A DNA stretch of 64,000 nucleotides, taken from Mobula hypostoma (Eukaryota). This document shows, one piece after another, positions 46,213 through 59,845 of the stretch. The stretch is from the NCBI RefSeq assembly GCF_963921235.1, contig NC_086097.1:254884001-254948000 (forward strand). The letters run 5' to 3'. Within the stretch, counting starts at the first letter, position 1. Every line of letters begins with the position of its first letter. The notes beneath the pieces were generated by a model. That model was not told the DNA's origin. It was given only the letters and a program-made list of their open reading frames with translations, and searched no databases. A program made the translations under genes and the position numbers.

Positions 46213-48016
46213 TCGGGACTTGTTTTACTACGCGGATCATCAATTCCGTACTACAGAGCTTCTCGGTGGCACAAGACTGCAGTCCGAATTGCTCCGACTC
46301 GTGACGGGATAGAATACAGAGGATTCTAATCACATAACAGTCAAGGCAGCAGATCACTGGGTCACAGTTCAGAGCGCCATGTCCTCACGCTTGCTGCTCT
46401 GACAGTACGACAACTCTCACTCGTTCTAAAGTAACACAAAGATAGAAATATTAGATTAGATATGAGTAGATATGATCAGTCCTCGTTTACTGTAATTTTA
46501 AAATGCATGCGTTAAAAATGGTACCATGTTTCTCCGGTATGATATCACAGAAACACAAAACAGACCAAGACTAAAAGTGACAAAAACCACATAATTCTAC
46601 CATATAGTTAAGCAGTGCAAAGCAATACCGCAATTTGATAAGAGCAGACCATAGGCACCGAAAAAAAATCTGAAAGACCCGATGGCCTCGTCATCTCACG
46701 CAGACGGTAAAAGGAAGAAACTCCCCCTGCCATGAGATTCCAGCGCCGCGAACTTGCCGCTGCAGCGTCCTGGAAGCACCCGACCACAGTCCAAACTTTG
46801 AGTCCGTCCGAAAACTTCGAGCCTCCGACCAGCGCTCCGACACCGAGCACCAAGCAACCTCTCTGCCGAGCGATTCCATCCGGGCCCCGGCCGCCAAGCA
46901 ACAGGCAAAGCCGAGGATTCGGGGCATTCCCCTCCGGAGATTTCCCATCACACAGTAGCAGCGGCAGCGAAGAAGGCATTTCAGAAGTTTCACCAGATGT
47001 TCCTCCGTGCTCTCACGTCTGCCGCCATCAAATCAGAATTGTGCACGGCCTCCTACTTGACAGGTAACAGATATTCATCACCGGAGAGGCCGCGCGTAGC
47101 AAGTGTACAGAGGAAGAGACGGACACAAAGGCCCAGATGGAACATCGGTGACCTCTTCGTTGGAAGACATTTAGCAATCAGTCTAGATTGAGCGATTCCA
47201 AACTGCACGAGCAAGGGATGCCAGAATCTGAATTTCGGCAAATGGTTGGAGTGCACCGTTGAAAGCGAAAGCAGCTGACGACATTGTTATCGGCCTTATC
47301 GCGTTTCCGTATATCCGCTGAGGTGGAATTTGGCTCAACTGTGTGGTGGCACAAGTCGGGAGAAAAATCTTCATATTTCTGCAAGAGCTTTGAAGTGGGA
47401 GTTGTGAAACAGAAGAGGCAGATGTGCATTAAGTGTACAGGAGCATGAGATTGGAGCGCCCTGCGCAAGCGAGCTCTTGGAACAGCTGGTTTGCAGTGTG
47501 CGTATGTCTGCAGTGTTTTGTCCCTCCTATCACCGTCCAGGAGAGAGGCAAATCGTCCAGTGATGATGGAATTCAGTCATTGAGATTTTCAGGAGATTTA
47601 ACATTTGGCTGTAGTTTTCCAAAATTGTCGGAGAATGCGGCAATGAAATAGACAGGAACGGCAGATCCGAGAATGTTCACTTTGATAGCAGCGTAGATTT
47701 CCAGCAGACTGTTGAGTGGTCGTTGGAGTTTTACAATCCGGAAGAAATGGATGAAACGGCCATCTCCTTGGTTCATGAAGAAGTCCTGCTTCTGACACAT
47801 GAGTTCCCTCCGTGGCGTAATTATACAGGAAAGGTGAATGCGGGAAGGTTGCTAACAGTGGTGCTGTTGGTGATATGTGGGTGTTGAGGGGCCAGATTTC
47901 AGCTGAGGGGCATCTGCATGTTCACGGAAGCGACGCATTGCACGGTTTGTTTTGGTGTCTCCATGAGGAAGTGATTCTACGCCGAATTTTTGTCGCTACT
48001 TTGAAGTCTAGATATC

Positions 48017-48788
48017 TGTCATAGTCCGGTCCGTGAAATCCATATTCCGGTTCACGGTCCGGTCCTTCGATCCTTGCTCCAGGTTTTCCTTTCTACCCTG
48101 TTTCTGTCCTTGTTGAGCTAACTGAGGCAGCTGATTCTCGTTGGGGCTGGCTGCATAAATACCTTCAGAGACCAGGGCGCGGTTGCTGGATTGTTCTTGT
48201 CCTTACTCCTTGTATCCGTTCCTCTGCCTTCTGTTTCCTCGCCTGAAGCCCTGCCTTGTCTTGCTGGAAACCCTCGGCTCATCATGCCTGCAGTCTTGTA
48301 CTGGAGCAACCATGTTCCTAGCTCCCCTCCTGTCCCTTTCCTCCGCCCAGGTAAGCCAGGCCGTCTTGCCGGTATCTGGGGTTGGTTCTGTCCCTTCCTG
48401 TCACTTTCCTCTGTTGGGTGTTGATCCGCGCCCTGCCCAAGCCTCGCCTCAAATCTCCAGGCTCCAGCTTCGCGTTGCCTCAAGACTCCAGTCTCCAGCC
48501 TCGCCTCGCCTCGCCGCAAGTCTCAAGTCTCGTCCCGCCTGCCTGCCAAGCCTCGTCCTTGCCTGGTTCTGCGGCGGAGCCAGAGGCAAGACCCAGGTAC
48601 TGGGTCCTTGTGCAGGCTCTGGCTCGGAGTCCAAGCCCGGGCTCCCAGCTCCCTGGTTTAGTCCTGTTCCAGGTTCCTGGTTTTCCTGTCCATGTCCTTG
48701 CCATCGCCCTGTATCCTAGTCCTGTCCCTTGTACTTCAGTGTCCGTGTCTTGCACTTGGGTCCGTTCCCAGCCCGTGCCCGGATGACA
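48017..48788 (+). mobile_element. Solo LTR family 2 (copy 1)
   Basis: TGTCAT...ATGACA termini; flanks ATATC and ACACC (degenerate TSD); 3' end resembles the 25079 LTR. Confidence 0.8.
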
Positions 48789-49049
48789 ACACCAATTCCA
48801 ACTGCCGTCGCAATCGGTTGTAAAAATACACAGAAATATAATTCTTTTCATGCAGGAGAATGAATTGTCGTTTGGGGACATGAAAGGTGACAGTGGCAGA
48901 GAGCGACCGTATGTGTGTCTGAGTGGTTGGTTGATGATTGAGTGAGTGTGTCTGTGTGTGAGCTGCTGATTGAGAAACGGTATTCAGTAACAGGCATGCA
49001 ATGGTGCTTGTGGCGCTGAGCAAATTACAGGAGGTGGATCGGATGTGCT

Positions 49050-49122
49050 GGGGAATTAGCTCAAATGGTAGAGCGCTCGCTTAGCATGCGAGAGGAGGCG
49101 AGATCGATGCTCGCATTCTCCA
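49050..49122 (+). tRNA. tRNA-Ala(AGC) (variable loop AGGAG)
   Basis: Stems intact; two variable-loop changes. Confidence 0.92.
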
Positions 49123-49619
49123 TTGACATTTTGTATCCAGAGGCACTCGTCTCATTAAATTTCTCTGAAGTTTGGAACGCACAAAATATAGGGACGGCGG
49201 AGAGGGACAGGAACGTGTCTCAGCAAAGGAAAGGGGGAAAACTGCTGCGTTGAAAGCAGATATGAGGAACAGCCAGCTGGCAGCTGGTGTTTCAGTAATG
49301 TATGAGCAGCAGGCGACCATTCAGACAGAAATCAGTTAAGTGGTCGAAAGGAAATTGCCCTGGACACTGGCGGAAATGGGAAAGCGGAGTAACCTTTGAT
49401 TTTGACAAGCAAAGAAGATCAAAGAGCTGTGTTGGAGTCGCACCGCGAATGGTGAGAAGCTCGGTGATGTGCGTCATCCGGTCGCCTGCGGCCCCTAGTG
49501 CTGGAAGGACTAGATATTGCAATTGGCAGGCTGTTGTTGTGGGTCGAGAGACACTAGGATGAAAGTCTGCATAATCATTGTCGGTAGGAGCCAACTTGGC
49601 GAAGCTTGGTGTCGCTTTT

Positions 49620-49705
49620 CCTCCGATAGCTCAGTTGGTAGAGCGGAGGACTGTAGAGGAAATGGAGTCATCCTTAGGTCGCTGGTTCGAATCCGGCTCG
49701 AAGGA
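49620..49705 (+). tRNA. tRNA-Tyr(GTA) with intron (U4C acceptor mismatch)
   Basis: Starts CCTCCGA; otherwise consensus. Confidence 0.92.
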
Positions 49706-51263
49706 TCGGGACTTCTTTTACTACGCCGATCATCAAGTCCGTACTACAGAGCTTCTCGGTGGCTCAAGACTGCAGTCCGAATTGCTCCGACTAGTGACGT
49801 GGTAGAATATAGAGGCATCTTATCACATAACAGGCAAGGCCAGCAGATCACTGGGTCACATTTCAGAGCGCTATGTCCTCACGCTTGCTGCTCTGACAGT
49901 ACGACAGCACTCACTCGCCCTAAAGTAACACAAAGATAGAAATATTAGATTAGATTAGATGATGAGCACACTCAGTCCTCGTTTATTAAGGCATTTCAGA
50001 AGTTTCACCAGATGATCCACCGTGTTCTCATGTCTGCCTCCATCAAATCAGAATTGGGCACGGCCTCCTACTTGACGGATAACAGATATGCATCAGTGTA
50101 CAGAGGAAGAGACTGACACAAAGACCCAGATGGAACATTGGTGACCTCTTCGTTGGAAGATATTTAGCAATCAGTCTGGGTTGAGCGATTCCAAACTGCA
50201 CGACCAAGGGATGCCAGAATCTGAATTTCGGCGGATCGCTGGAGGGCACCGTATAAAGAGAAGGCAAATGACGACGTTGTTATCGGCATTATGTCGTTTC
50301 CATACATCCGCTGAGGTGCACAACGGCTCATCTGTATGGTGACACAAGTCGGGAGAAAATTCTTCATATTTCTGCAAGAGCTTTGAAGTGGGTACCGTGG
50401 AACAGAAGAGGCAGATGTGCGTTAAGTGTGGAGGAACATGAAATTGGAGCGCTCTGCACATGCGAACTCTTGCAAGAGCTGGTTTGTCGTGTGCGTATGT
50501 CTGCAGTGTGTTGTGCTTCCTATCATCGTCCAGGAGAGAGGCAAATCGTCAATTGATGATGGAATTCAGTCATTGAGCTTTTCCACTGATTTCTCATTTG
50601 GCTGTACTTTTCCAAAAGTGTCGGAGAATGCGGCAACGAAATAGACAGGAACGGCAGATCCGAGTATGCTCTCTTTGATAGCAGTGTAGAATTCCAGCAG
50701 AATGTTGAGTGGTACATGGAGCTTTACAACCTGCCAGAAGAAATGGATGACGCGGACAACTCCTTGGTTCATGATGAAGTTCTGCTTCTGACACATGAGG
50801 TCCTGCCGGGGCGTAATAGTACAGGAACTCTGAATTGGAAAGGTTGCTAACTGTGGTGTTGCTTGTGATATGTGGGTGTTGACGGGACAGATTTCAGCAG
50901 AGGTGAATACGCATGTTCACGGAAGCGATGCATTACATGTTATGGTTCGGTGTCTCTGAGAGGAAGTGATTGTACGCCGAATGTTTGTCGCTACATTGAA
51001 GTGGAGATATCAATTCCAACTGCAATAACAATCGGTTGTAAAAATAGAAGGATAATTCTTTGCATGCTGGAGAATGAATTGTCGTTCGGGGACATGAAAT
51101 GTGACAGGGGCAGAGAGCGACCGTATGTGTGTCTGAGTGGTTGGTTGATGATTGAGTGAGTGTGTCTGTGTGTGAGCTGATGATTGTGCAACGGTGAGCA
51201 GTGGCAGACATGCAATGGTGCTTGTGGCAGAGAGCAAATTACAGGAAGGGAACTGGATGTGCT

Positions 51264-51336
51264 GGGGAATTAGCTCAAATGGTAGAGCGCTCGCTTAGCA
51301 TGCGAGAGGTAGAGAGATCGATGCTCGCATTCTCCA
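51264..51336 (+). tRNA. tRNA-Ala(AGC) (C50A T-stem mismatch)
   Basis: T stem GAGAG/CTCGC. Confidence 0.9.
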
Positions 51337-51843
51337 TTGAGATTTTGTATCCAGAGGCACTCGTCTCATCAAGTTGCTCTGAATGCTGGAATGCACAAAA
51401 GGTAGGGGTGGCGGAGAGGGAGAGGAAAGTGTCTCAGGCAAAGGAAAGACGGACATGTCGAAGGTCTGCTGCGTTGAAGGCAGGTAGGAGGCAAAGCTAG
51501 CTGGCAGCTGGTCTTTCAGTAATGCATGAGCTGCAGGCGACCATTCAGACAGCAATCAGTTCAGTGGTCAAAAGGAATTTGCCCTGAACACTGGGTGAAA
51601 TGAGAAAGCTGAGTAGCCTTTGATCTTGACAAGCAAAGAAGATCAAAGAGCTGTGTTGGAGTCGCACCGAGAATGGTGATAAGCTCGGTGATGTGCGTCA
51701 TCCGGTCACCTGTGGCCCCTAGTGCTGGAAGAACTAGATATTACAATTGGCAGGCTGTTGCTGTGGGTCGAGAGACACCAGGATGAAAATCTGCATAATC
51801 ATTGTCGGTAGTCGCCAGCGTGGCGAAGCTTGGTGTCGCTTTT

Positions 51844-51929
51844 CCTTCGATAGCTCAGTTGGTAGAGCGGAGGACTGTAGAGGAAATGGAGTCATCCTTA
51901 GGTCGCTGGTTCGATTCCGGCTCGAAGGA
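51844..51929 (+). tRNA. tRNA-Tyr(GTA) with intron, intact (T-loop TTCGATT)
   Basis: All stems as consensus; TTTT terminator. Confidence 0.96.
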
Positions 51930-52321
51930 TCGGGACTTCTTTTACTTCGCGGATCATCAATTCCATACTACAGAGCTTCTCGGTGGCACAAGTCCGCAGT
52001 CCGAATTGTTACGACTCGTGACGGGATAGAATATGGAGGCATCTTATCACAGAACTGGCAAGGCCAGCTGATCACTGGATCACATTTCAGAGCGCTATGT
52101 CCTCATGATTGCTGCTCTGACTCTAGGACAACCGTGACTCGTCCCAAGGTAACACAGAGATGGAAATATTACATTAGATTAGATTCGGTTATGACGACAT
52201 TCAGTGCTCGTTCTTTTAAAACAACTTACAATGCATTAAAAAATGATACAATGTTCCTCCGGTACGATATTACAAAAACACAAGAAGACCAAGACGATAA
52301 GTGACAAAATCCACAAAATTC

Positions 52322-54147
52322 AAAGAGCTTTTACAAGTATATTAAGAGCAAAAGGATTGTAAGGGGTAAAATTGGTCCTCTTGAAGATCAGAGTGTTCGG
52401 CTTTGTGCAGAACCAAAGGAAATGGGGGAGATTTTAAATAGGTTTTTTGCGTCTGTATTTACTAAGGAAGCTACCATGAAATCTATGGCATTGAGGGAAT
52501 CAAGTAGTGAGACCATGGAAACTGTACAGATCGAAAAGGAAGAGGTGCTTGCTGTCTTGAGGAAAATTAAAGTGGATAAATCCCCGGGACCTGACAGGGT
52601 GTTCCCTCGGACCTTGAAGGAGAGTAGTGTTGAAATTGCGGGGTCTCTGGCAGAAATATTTAAAATGTCACTGTCTACGGGTGAAGTGCCGGAGGATTGG
52701 AGAGTGGCTCATGTTGTTCCGTTGTTTAAAAAAGGATCGAAAAGTAATCCGGGAAATTATAGGCCGGTAAGTTTAATGTCAGTAGTAGATAAGTTATTGG
52801 AGGGAGTACGAAGAGACAGAATCTACAAGCATTTGGATAGACAGGGGCTTATTAGGGAGAGTCAACATGGCTTTGTGCGTGGTAGGTCATGTTTGACCAA
52901 TCTGTTGGAGTTTTTCGAGGAGGGTACCAGGAAAGTGGATGAAGGGAAGGCAGTGGATATTGTCTACATGGGCTTCAGTAAGGCCTTTGACAAGGTCCCG
53001 CATGGGAGGTTAGTTAGGAAAATTCAGTCGCTAGGTATACATGGAGAGGTGGTAAATTGGATTGGACATTGGCTCGATGGAAGAAGCCAGAGAGTGGTGG
53101 TAGAAAATTGCTTCTCTGAGTGGAGGCCTGTGACCAGTGATGTGCCACAGGGATCAGTGCTGGGTCCATTGTTAATTGTCATCTATATCAATGATCTGGA
53201 TGATAATGTGGTAAATTGGATCAGCAAGGTCGCTGATGATACAAAGATTGGAGGTGTAGTAGACAGTGAGGAAGGTTTTCAGAGCCTGTAGACAGACTTG
53301 GACCAGCTGGAAAAATGGGCTGAAAAATGGCAGATGGAGTTTAATACTGACAAGTGTGAGGTATTGCACGTTGGAAGGACAAACCAACGTAGAACATACA
53401 GGGTTAATGGTAAGGCACTGAGGAGTGCAGTGGAACAGAGAAATCTGGGAATACAGATGCAGAATTCCCTAAAAGTGTCGTCACAGGTAGATATGGTCGT
53501 AAAGAGAGCTTTTAGTACATTGGTCTTTATCAATCGTAGTATTGAGTATAAGAGCTGGAATGTTATGATGAGGTTGTATAAGGCATTGGTGAGGCCGAAT
53601 CTGGAGTATTGTGTTCGGTTTTGGTCACCAAATTACAGGAAGGATATGAATAAGGTTGAAAGAGTGCAGAGAAGGTTTACAAGGATGTTGCCGGGACTTG
53701 AGAAACTCAGTTACAGAGAAAGGTTGAACAGGTTGGGATTTTATTCCCTGGAGCGTAGAAGAATGAGGGGAGATTTGGTAGAGGTATATAAAATTATGAT
53801 GGGTATAGATACAGTGAAAGCAAGCAGGCTTTTTCCACCGAGGCAAGGGGAGAAATAAACCAGAGGACATGGGTTAAGGGTGAGGGGGGGGAGTTTAAAG
53901 GGAACATTAGGGGGGGCTTCTTCACACAGAGAGTGGTGGGAGTATGGAATGAGCTGCCTGACGAGGTGGTAAATACGGCTCTTTTTTAACATTTAAGAAT
54001 AAATTGGACAGATACATGGATGGGAGTTGTATGGAGGGATATGGTCCGTGTGCAGGTCAGTGGGACTAGGCAGAAAATGGTTCGGCACAGCCAGGAAGGG
54101 CTAAAGGGCCTGTTTCTGTGCTGTAGTTTCTATGGTTCTATGGTTCT
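52322..54147 (+). mobile_element. CR1 LINE family B, 5'-truncated
   Basis: RT ORFs 52422-53291 and 53298-53858 in the same frame, split by a stop; (TTCTATGG)n tail; TSD AATTC (52317-52321 and 54148-54152). Confidence 0.93.
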
Positions 54148-55565
54148 AATTCTACCATATAGTTAAGCAGTGCAAAGCAATACCGCAATTTGATAAGAGC
54201 AGACCAGGGGCACGGGAAAAAAGTCTCAAAGACCCGATTGCCTCGTCATCTCACGCAGACGGTAAAAGGAAGAAAATCCCCCTGCCATGAGCTTCCAATG
54301 GCTCGAACTTGCCGATGCAGCGTCCTGGAAGCAACCGGATCACAGTCCAAAGTATGAGTCCGTCCGAAAACTTCCAGCCTCCGACCAGCGCTCCGACACC
54401 GAGCACCGAGCAATCTCTCTGCCGAACGTTTCCACCCGGGCCCCGGCCGCCAAGCAACAGGCAAAGCCGAGAATTCGGGGCATTTCCCTCCGGAGATTTC
54501 CGATTACACAGTAGCCGCGGCAGCGAAGCAGGCATTTCAGAAGTTTCACCAGAGGTTCCTCCGTGCCTCACGTCTGCCTCCATCAATGCGGAATTGTGCA
54601 CGGCCTCCTACCTGACAGATAATAGATATGCATCACCGGAGAGGCCGCGTGTAGCAAGTGTACAGAGGAAGAGACCGACACAAAGGCCCAGATGGAACAT
54701 CGGTGACCTCTTCGTTGGAAAACATTTAGCAATTAGTATAGGATGAGCAATTCCAAACTGCACGAGCAAGGGATGCCAGAATCTGAATTTCGGCTGATCG
54801 TTGGAGGGCACCGTTGAAAGCGAAGGCAGCTGACGGCATTGCCATCGCCATTATGTCGCTTCCATATATCCGTTGAGGTGGAATTCGGCTCATCTGTGTG
54901 GTGGCGCAAGTCCGGAGCAAAATCTTCATATTTCTGCGAGTGATTTGAAGTGACAGCTTTGAAGCAGAAGAGTCAGATGAGCATTAGGTGTACAGCAACA
55001 TGAAATTGGAGCGCCCTGCAGAAGCGAGCTCTTGGAACAGCAGGTTTGCAGTGTGCATATGTCTGCAGTGTTTTGTCCCTCCTATCATCGTCCCAGAGAG
55101 AGGCAAATCGTCCATTGATGATGGAATTCAGTCATTGAGCTTTTCAGCTGATTCGTCATTTGGTTGTAAAGTGTCGGAGAATGCGGCAACGAAATAGACA
55201 GGAACGGCAGATCCGAGAATGCTCTGTTTGATAGCAGTGTGGAATTCCAGGAGAATGTTGTGTCGTTGATGCAGTTTTACAGTCTGCCAGAAGAAATTGA
55301 TGACGCGGCGATTGCCTTGGTTCATGAAGATGTTCTGCTTCTGACACACGAGTTCCCTCCGTGGCGTAATAATACAGGAAAGGTGAATGCGGGAAGGTTG
55401 CTAACAGTGGTGCTGTTGGTGATATGTTGGTGCTGAGGGGCCAGATTTCAGCTGAGGGGCATCTGCATGTTCACAGAAGCGACGCATTGCACGGTATGTT
55501 TCGGTGTCTCCACCAGGAAGTGATTTTACGCCGAATTTTTGTCGCTACTTTGAAGTCTAGATATC

Positions 55566-56475
55566 TGTTATAGTCCGGTCCGTGATGTCCATATTCCGGT
55601 TCCCGGTCCGGTTCATCGATCCTTGCTCCAGATTTCCTTTCTACCCTGTTTCTGTCCTTGTTGAGCTAATTGAGGCAGCTGATTCTCGTTGGGGCTGGCT
55701 GCATAAATACCTTCAGAGACCAGGGCGTGGTTGCTGGATTGTTCTTGTCCTAACACCTTATCTTCCTTCCTCTGCCTTCTGTTTCCTCTCCTGAAGCCCT
55801 GCCCTGTCTTGCTGGAAACGCTCGCCTCGTCTTGCCGGAAACCCTCGCCTCGTCTTGCCGGAAACACTGGTCTTGCCTTGCTGGAAACCATCGCCTCGTC
55901 ATGCCAGCAGTCTTGTTCTGTAGCCACGCTGTTCCTAGCTCACTTCCTATCCCTTGCTTCCGCCCAGGTAAGACAGGCCGTCTTGCCGTTACCTGGGGTT
56001 GGTTCTGTCCCGTCCTGTCCCTTACCTCTGTTGGGTGTTGATCCGCGTCCTGCCCAGGAGTAACATGCCCTGCCCAGACGATCCGCGCCCTGCCCAGGAG
56101 GAACCTGCTAAGCCTCGCCTCAAGTTTGCATTCTCCAGCCTCGCGTTGCCTCAAGTCTCCGGCCTCCAGTCTCCAGCCTCGCCCTGTCTCAAGTCTCAAG
56201 TCTCAAGTCTCAGGTCTCGTCCCGCCTGCCTGCCAAGACTCGTCCTTGCTTGGTTCTGGGGCCGAGCCAGAGGCAAGACACAGGTACTGGGTCCTTGTGC
56301 AGGCTCAGGCTCGGAGTCCAAGCCAGGGCTCCTGGCTCCCTTGTTCAGTCCTACTCCAGGTTCCTGGTTTTCCTGTCCATGTCCTTGCCATCGCCCTGTA
56401 TCCTAATCCTGTCCCTAGTATTTCAGTGTCTGTGTCATGTACTTGGGTCCGTTTCCAGCCCGTGCCCGTATGACA
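55566..56475 (+). mobile_element. Solo LTR family 2 (copy 2)
   Basis: TG...TGACA with perfect 5-bp TSD ATATC (55561-55565 and 56476-56480); same site as 48017. Confidence 0.85.
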
Positions 56476-56736
56476 ATATCAATTCCAACTGCCGTCACAA
56501 TCGGTTGTAAAAATAGTCAGAAGGATAATTCTTTGCATGCGGGAGAATGATTTGTCGTTTGGGGACATGAAAGGTGACAGTGGCAGAGAGCGACCGTATG
56601 TGTGTCTGAGTGGTTGGTTGATGATTGAGTGAGTGTGTCTGTGTGTGAGCTGCTGATTGTGCAACGGTGAGCAGTGGCAGACATGCAATGGTGCTTGTGG
56701 CGCTGAGCAAATTACAGGAGGTGGACCGGATGTGCT

Positions 56737-56808
56737 GGGGAATTAGCTCAAATGGTAGAGCGCTCGCTTAGCATGCGAGAGGTAGCGAGATCGATCCTCG
56801 ATTCTCCA
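56737..56808 (+). pseudogene. tRNA-Ala(AGC) with 1-nt T-stem deletion and G60C
   Basis: GCGAGATCGATCCTCG-ATTCTCCA, 72 nt. Confidence 0.85.
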
Positions 56809-57315
56809 TTGGCATTTTGTATCCAGAGGTACTCATCTGATTAAATTGCTCTGAAGTTTGGAATGCACAAAATATAGGGGTGGCAGAGAGGGACATAAAC
56901 GTGTCTCAGTCAAAGGAAAGAGGGAAATGTTGTAGGTCTGCTGCGTTAAAGACAGATACGACGAAAAGCTAGCTGGCAGCTGGCGTTTCAGTAATGCATG
57001 AGCTGCAGGCGACCATTGAGACAGAAATGAGTTAAGTAGTCAAAAAGAAATTGCCCTGAACAGTGGGCGAAATGAGAAAGCTGAGTGCCCTTTGGTTTTG
57101 TCAAGCGAAGATGATCAAAGAGCTGTTTTGGAGTCGCACCGAGAATGGTGATAAGCTCGGTGGTGGGCATCATCCGGTCGCCTGTGGCCCCTAGTGCTGG
57201 AAGGACTAGATATTACAATTGGCAGGCTGTCGCTGTGGGTCGAGAGACACCAGGATGAAAACCTGCATAATCATTGCAGGTAGGAGACAACGTGGTGAAG
57301 CGTGGTGTCGCTTTT

Positions 57316-57401
57316 CCTTCGATAGCTCAGTTGGTAGAGCGGAGGACTGTAGAGGAAATGGAATCATCCTTAGGTCGCTGGTTCGAATCCGGCTCGAAGG
57401 A
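57316..57401 (+). tRNA. tRNA-Tyr(GTA); exons intact, intron variant aggaaatggaatc
   Basis: Exons match consensus; antepenultimate intron base G>A. Confidence 0.94.
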
Positions 57402-57763
57402 TCGGGACTTCTTTTACTATGCGGATCATCAAGTCCGTACTACAGAGCTTCTCGGTGGCACAAGACTGCAGTCCGAATTGCTCCGACTCGTGACGGGATA
57501 GAATACAGAGGCATCTTATCACATAACAGGCAAGGCCAGCGGATCACTGGGTCACAGTTCAGAGCGCTATGTCCTCACGCTTGCTGCTCTGATAGGACGA
57601 CAACTCTCACTCGTCCTAAAGTAACACAAAGATAGAAGTATTAGATTGGATATGATTAGATGATGAGGACACTCAGTCCTCGTTTAGTGTAATTTTAAAA
57701 TGCATGCCTTAAAAAATGATACCATGTTCCTCCGGTATGAAATCAGAGAAACACAAGGAAGAC

Positions 57764-58097
57764 TTGACCATCAGTCACTGAAAGCAAGCATGCAAGTACA
57801 GCAGGCAGTGAAGAAAGCTCATGGCATGCTGGCCTTCATAACAAGGGGAATTGAGTTTAAGAGCAAAGAGGGCCTTCTGCAGCTATACAAGGCCCTAGTG
57901 AGACCACACCTGGAGTACTGTGTTCAGTTTTGGTCTCCAAATTTGAAGAAGGACATTCTTGCTATAGAGGGAGTGCAGCGGAGGTTCACAAGGCTAACTT
58001 CCGAGATGGCGGGACTGTCATATGTCGAAAGATTGGAGCCACTGGGCTTGTATATTCTGGAATTTAGAAGGCTGAGAGGGGATCTTATTGAAACATA
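57764..58097 (+). mobile_element. CR1 family C fragment (paralogue of 60801)
   Basis: HQSLKASMQVQQAVKK...RGDLIET; same junction as 60801. Confidence 0.88.
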
Positions 58098-58546
58098 GAT
58101 AGATAGATAGATAGATATACTTTATTAATCCCGAGGGAAATTTGGTTTCGTTCCAGCCGGCCAACCAAGAATAGAGCGTAAGTATAGCAAAACAAAAAAA
58201 CCCAACAATCAAACAACAAACTGCAAAACTATGCCAGATGGAAATCAGTCCAGGACCAGTCTATTGGCTCAGGGTGTCTGACCCTCCACGGCAGGAGCCG
58301 TTCGATGGCCACAGGCAGAAACGACCTCCCGTGCCGCCAAGTGTTGTATCACGGTGGAATGTGGCCGAAGTCCAACAGTAAAAAGTTCAATATTCAGTCT
58401 GCAAACACGTTCCTCAATCGGAATATATCCCGGATTGTACCATCTGTTGTTAACCAGTAAGCACCGAACTCCTTTATGCTAACCGCTCTCAGTGCACTTC
58501 CGGTCAGCCGAAACGGTATTAAACACCGAAATCCTCTTCTCCAAAG
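58098..58546 (-). mobile_element. Non-autonomous Rex1/Babar-like element, truncated by deletion
   Basis: (TATC)n tail with AATAAA on the minus strand; colinear with 61135-61593. Confidence 0.7.
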
Positions 58547-58551
58547 GTGAA

Positions 58552-59510
58552 TCCTTTCTACCTTGTTTCTGTCCTTGTTGAGCTAATTGAGGCAGCTGAT
58601 TCTCGTTGGGGCTGGCTGCATAAAAACCTTCAGAGAGCAGGGCGTGGTTGCTGGATTGTTCTTGTCCTAACACCTTGTATCCCTTCCTCTGCCTTCTGTT
58701 TCCGCTCCTGAAGACCTGCCCTGTCTTGCTGGAAACGCTCGCTTTGTCTTGCTGGAAACGCTCGCCTTGTCTTGCTGGAAACACTCGTCTTGCCTTGCTG
58801 GAAACGCTCCCCTGGTGTTGCTGGAAACGCTCGGCTTGGCTTGCTGGAAACCATCGCCTCGTCATGCCACCAGTCTTGTACTGTAGCCACCCTGTTACTA
58901 GCTCCCTTTCTATCCCTTGCCTCCGCCCAGGTAAGCCAGGCCGTCTTGCCGTTACTTGGGGTTGGTTCTGTCCCGTCCTGTCCCTTGCCTCTGTTGCGTG
59001 GTGATCCGCACCGTGCCCAGGAGTAACGCACCCTGCCCAGGAGGAGACTGCTGAGCCTCGCCTCAAGTTTGCAGCCTCCAGCCTCGCCTTGCCTCAGGTC
59101 TCCAGCCTCCAGCCTCGCCTCGCCTCAGGTCTCCGGCCTCCAGCCTCGCCTCGCCTCAAGTCTCCGGCCTCCAGCCTCGCCGCGCCTCAAGTCTCCTGCC
59201 TCCAGTCTCCAGCCTCGCTTCGCCTCAAGTCTGAAGTCTGAAGTCTCAGGTCTCGTCCCTCCTGCCTGCCAAGACTCGTCCTTGCCTGATTCTGCGGCCG
59301 AGCAGATGCAAGACCCAGGTACTGGGTTCTTGTGCAGTCCCTGGCTCGGTGTCCAAGCCCGGGCTCCTAGCTCCCTGGTTCAGTCCTGTTCCAGGTTCCT
59401 GGTTTTCCTGACCATGTCCTTGCTTTCGCCCTGTATCCTAGTCCTGTCCCTAGTAGTTCAGTGTCTGTGTCTTGCACTTGGGTCCGTTACCAGCCCGTGA
59501 CCGTATGACA
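58552..59510 (+). mobile_element. Solo LTR family 2 (copy 3, first ~70 bp missing)
   Basis: Ends ATGACA followed by ATATC; expanded internal repeats. Confidence 0.83.
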
Positions 59511-59772
59511 ATATCAATTCCAACTGCCGTCACAATCGGTTTGTAAAAATAGACAGAATGATAATTCTTTGCATGCGGGAGAATGAATTGTCGTTTGGGG
59601 ACATGAAAGGTGACAGGGGCAGAGAGCGACCGTATGTGTGTCTGAGTGGTTGGTTGATGATTGAGTGACTGTGTCTGTGTGTGAGCTGCTGATTGTGCAA
59701 CGGTGAGCAGTGGCAGGCATGCAATGGTGCTTGTGGCGCTGAGCAAATTACAGGAGGTGGATCGGATGTGCT

Positions 59773-59845
59773 GGGGAATTAGCTCAAATGGTAGAGCGCT
59801 CGCTCAGCATGCGAGAGGTAGCGAGATCGATGTTCGCATTCTCCA
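59773..59845 (+). tRNA. tRNA-Ala(AGC), degenerate (U33C, C61U)
   Basis: Loop TCAGCAT; the B-box C61 is mutated. Confidence 0.85.

Noticed and set aside
57700..58098. 132-aa ORF starting MHALKNDTMFLR fused to CR1 sequence (also at 60737)
   Set aside because: Chance in-frame junction between SINE-like sequence and a truncated CR1 C-terminus; no evidence of a domesticated gene.
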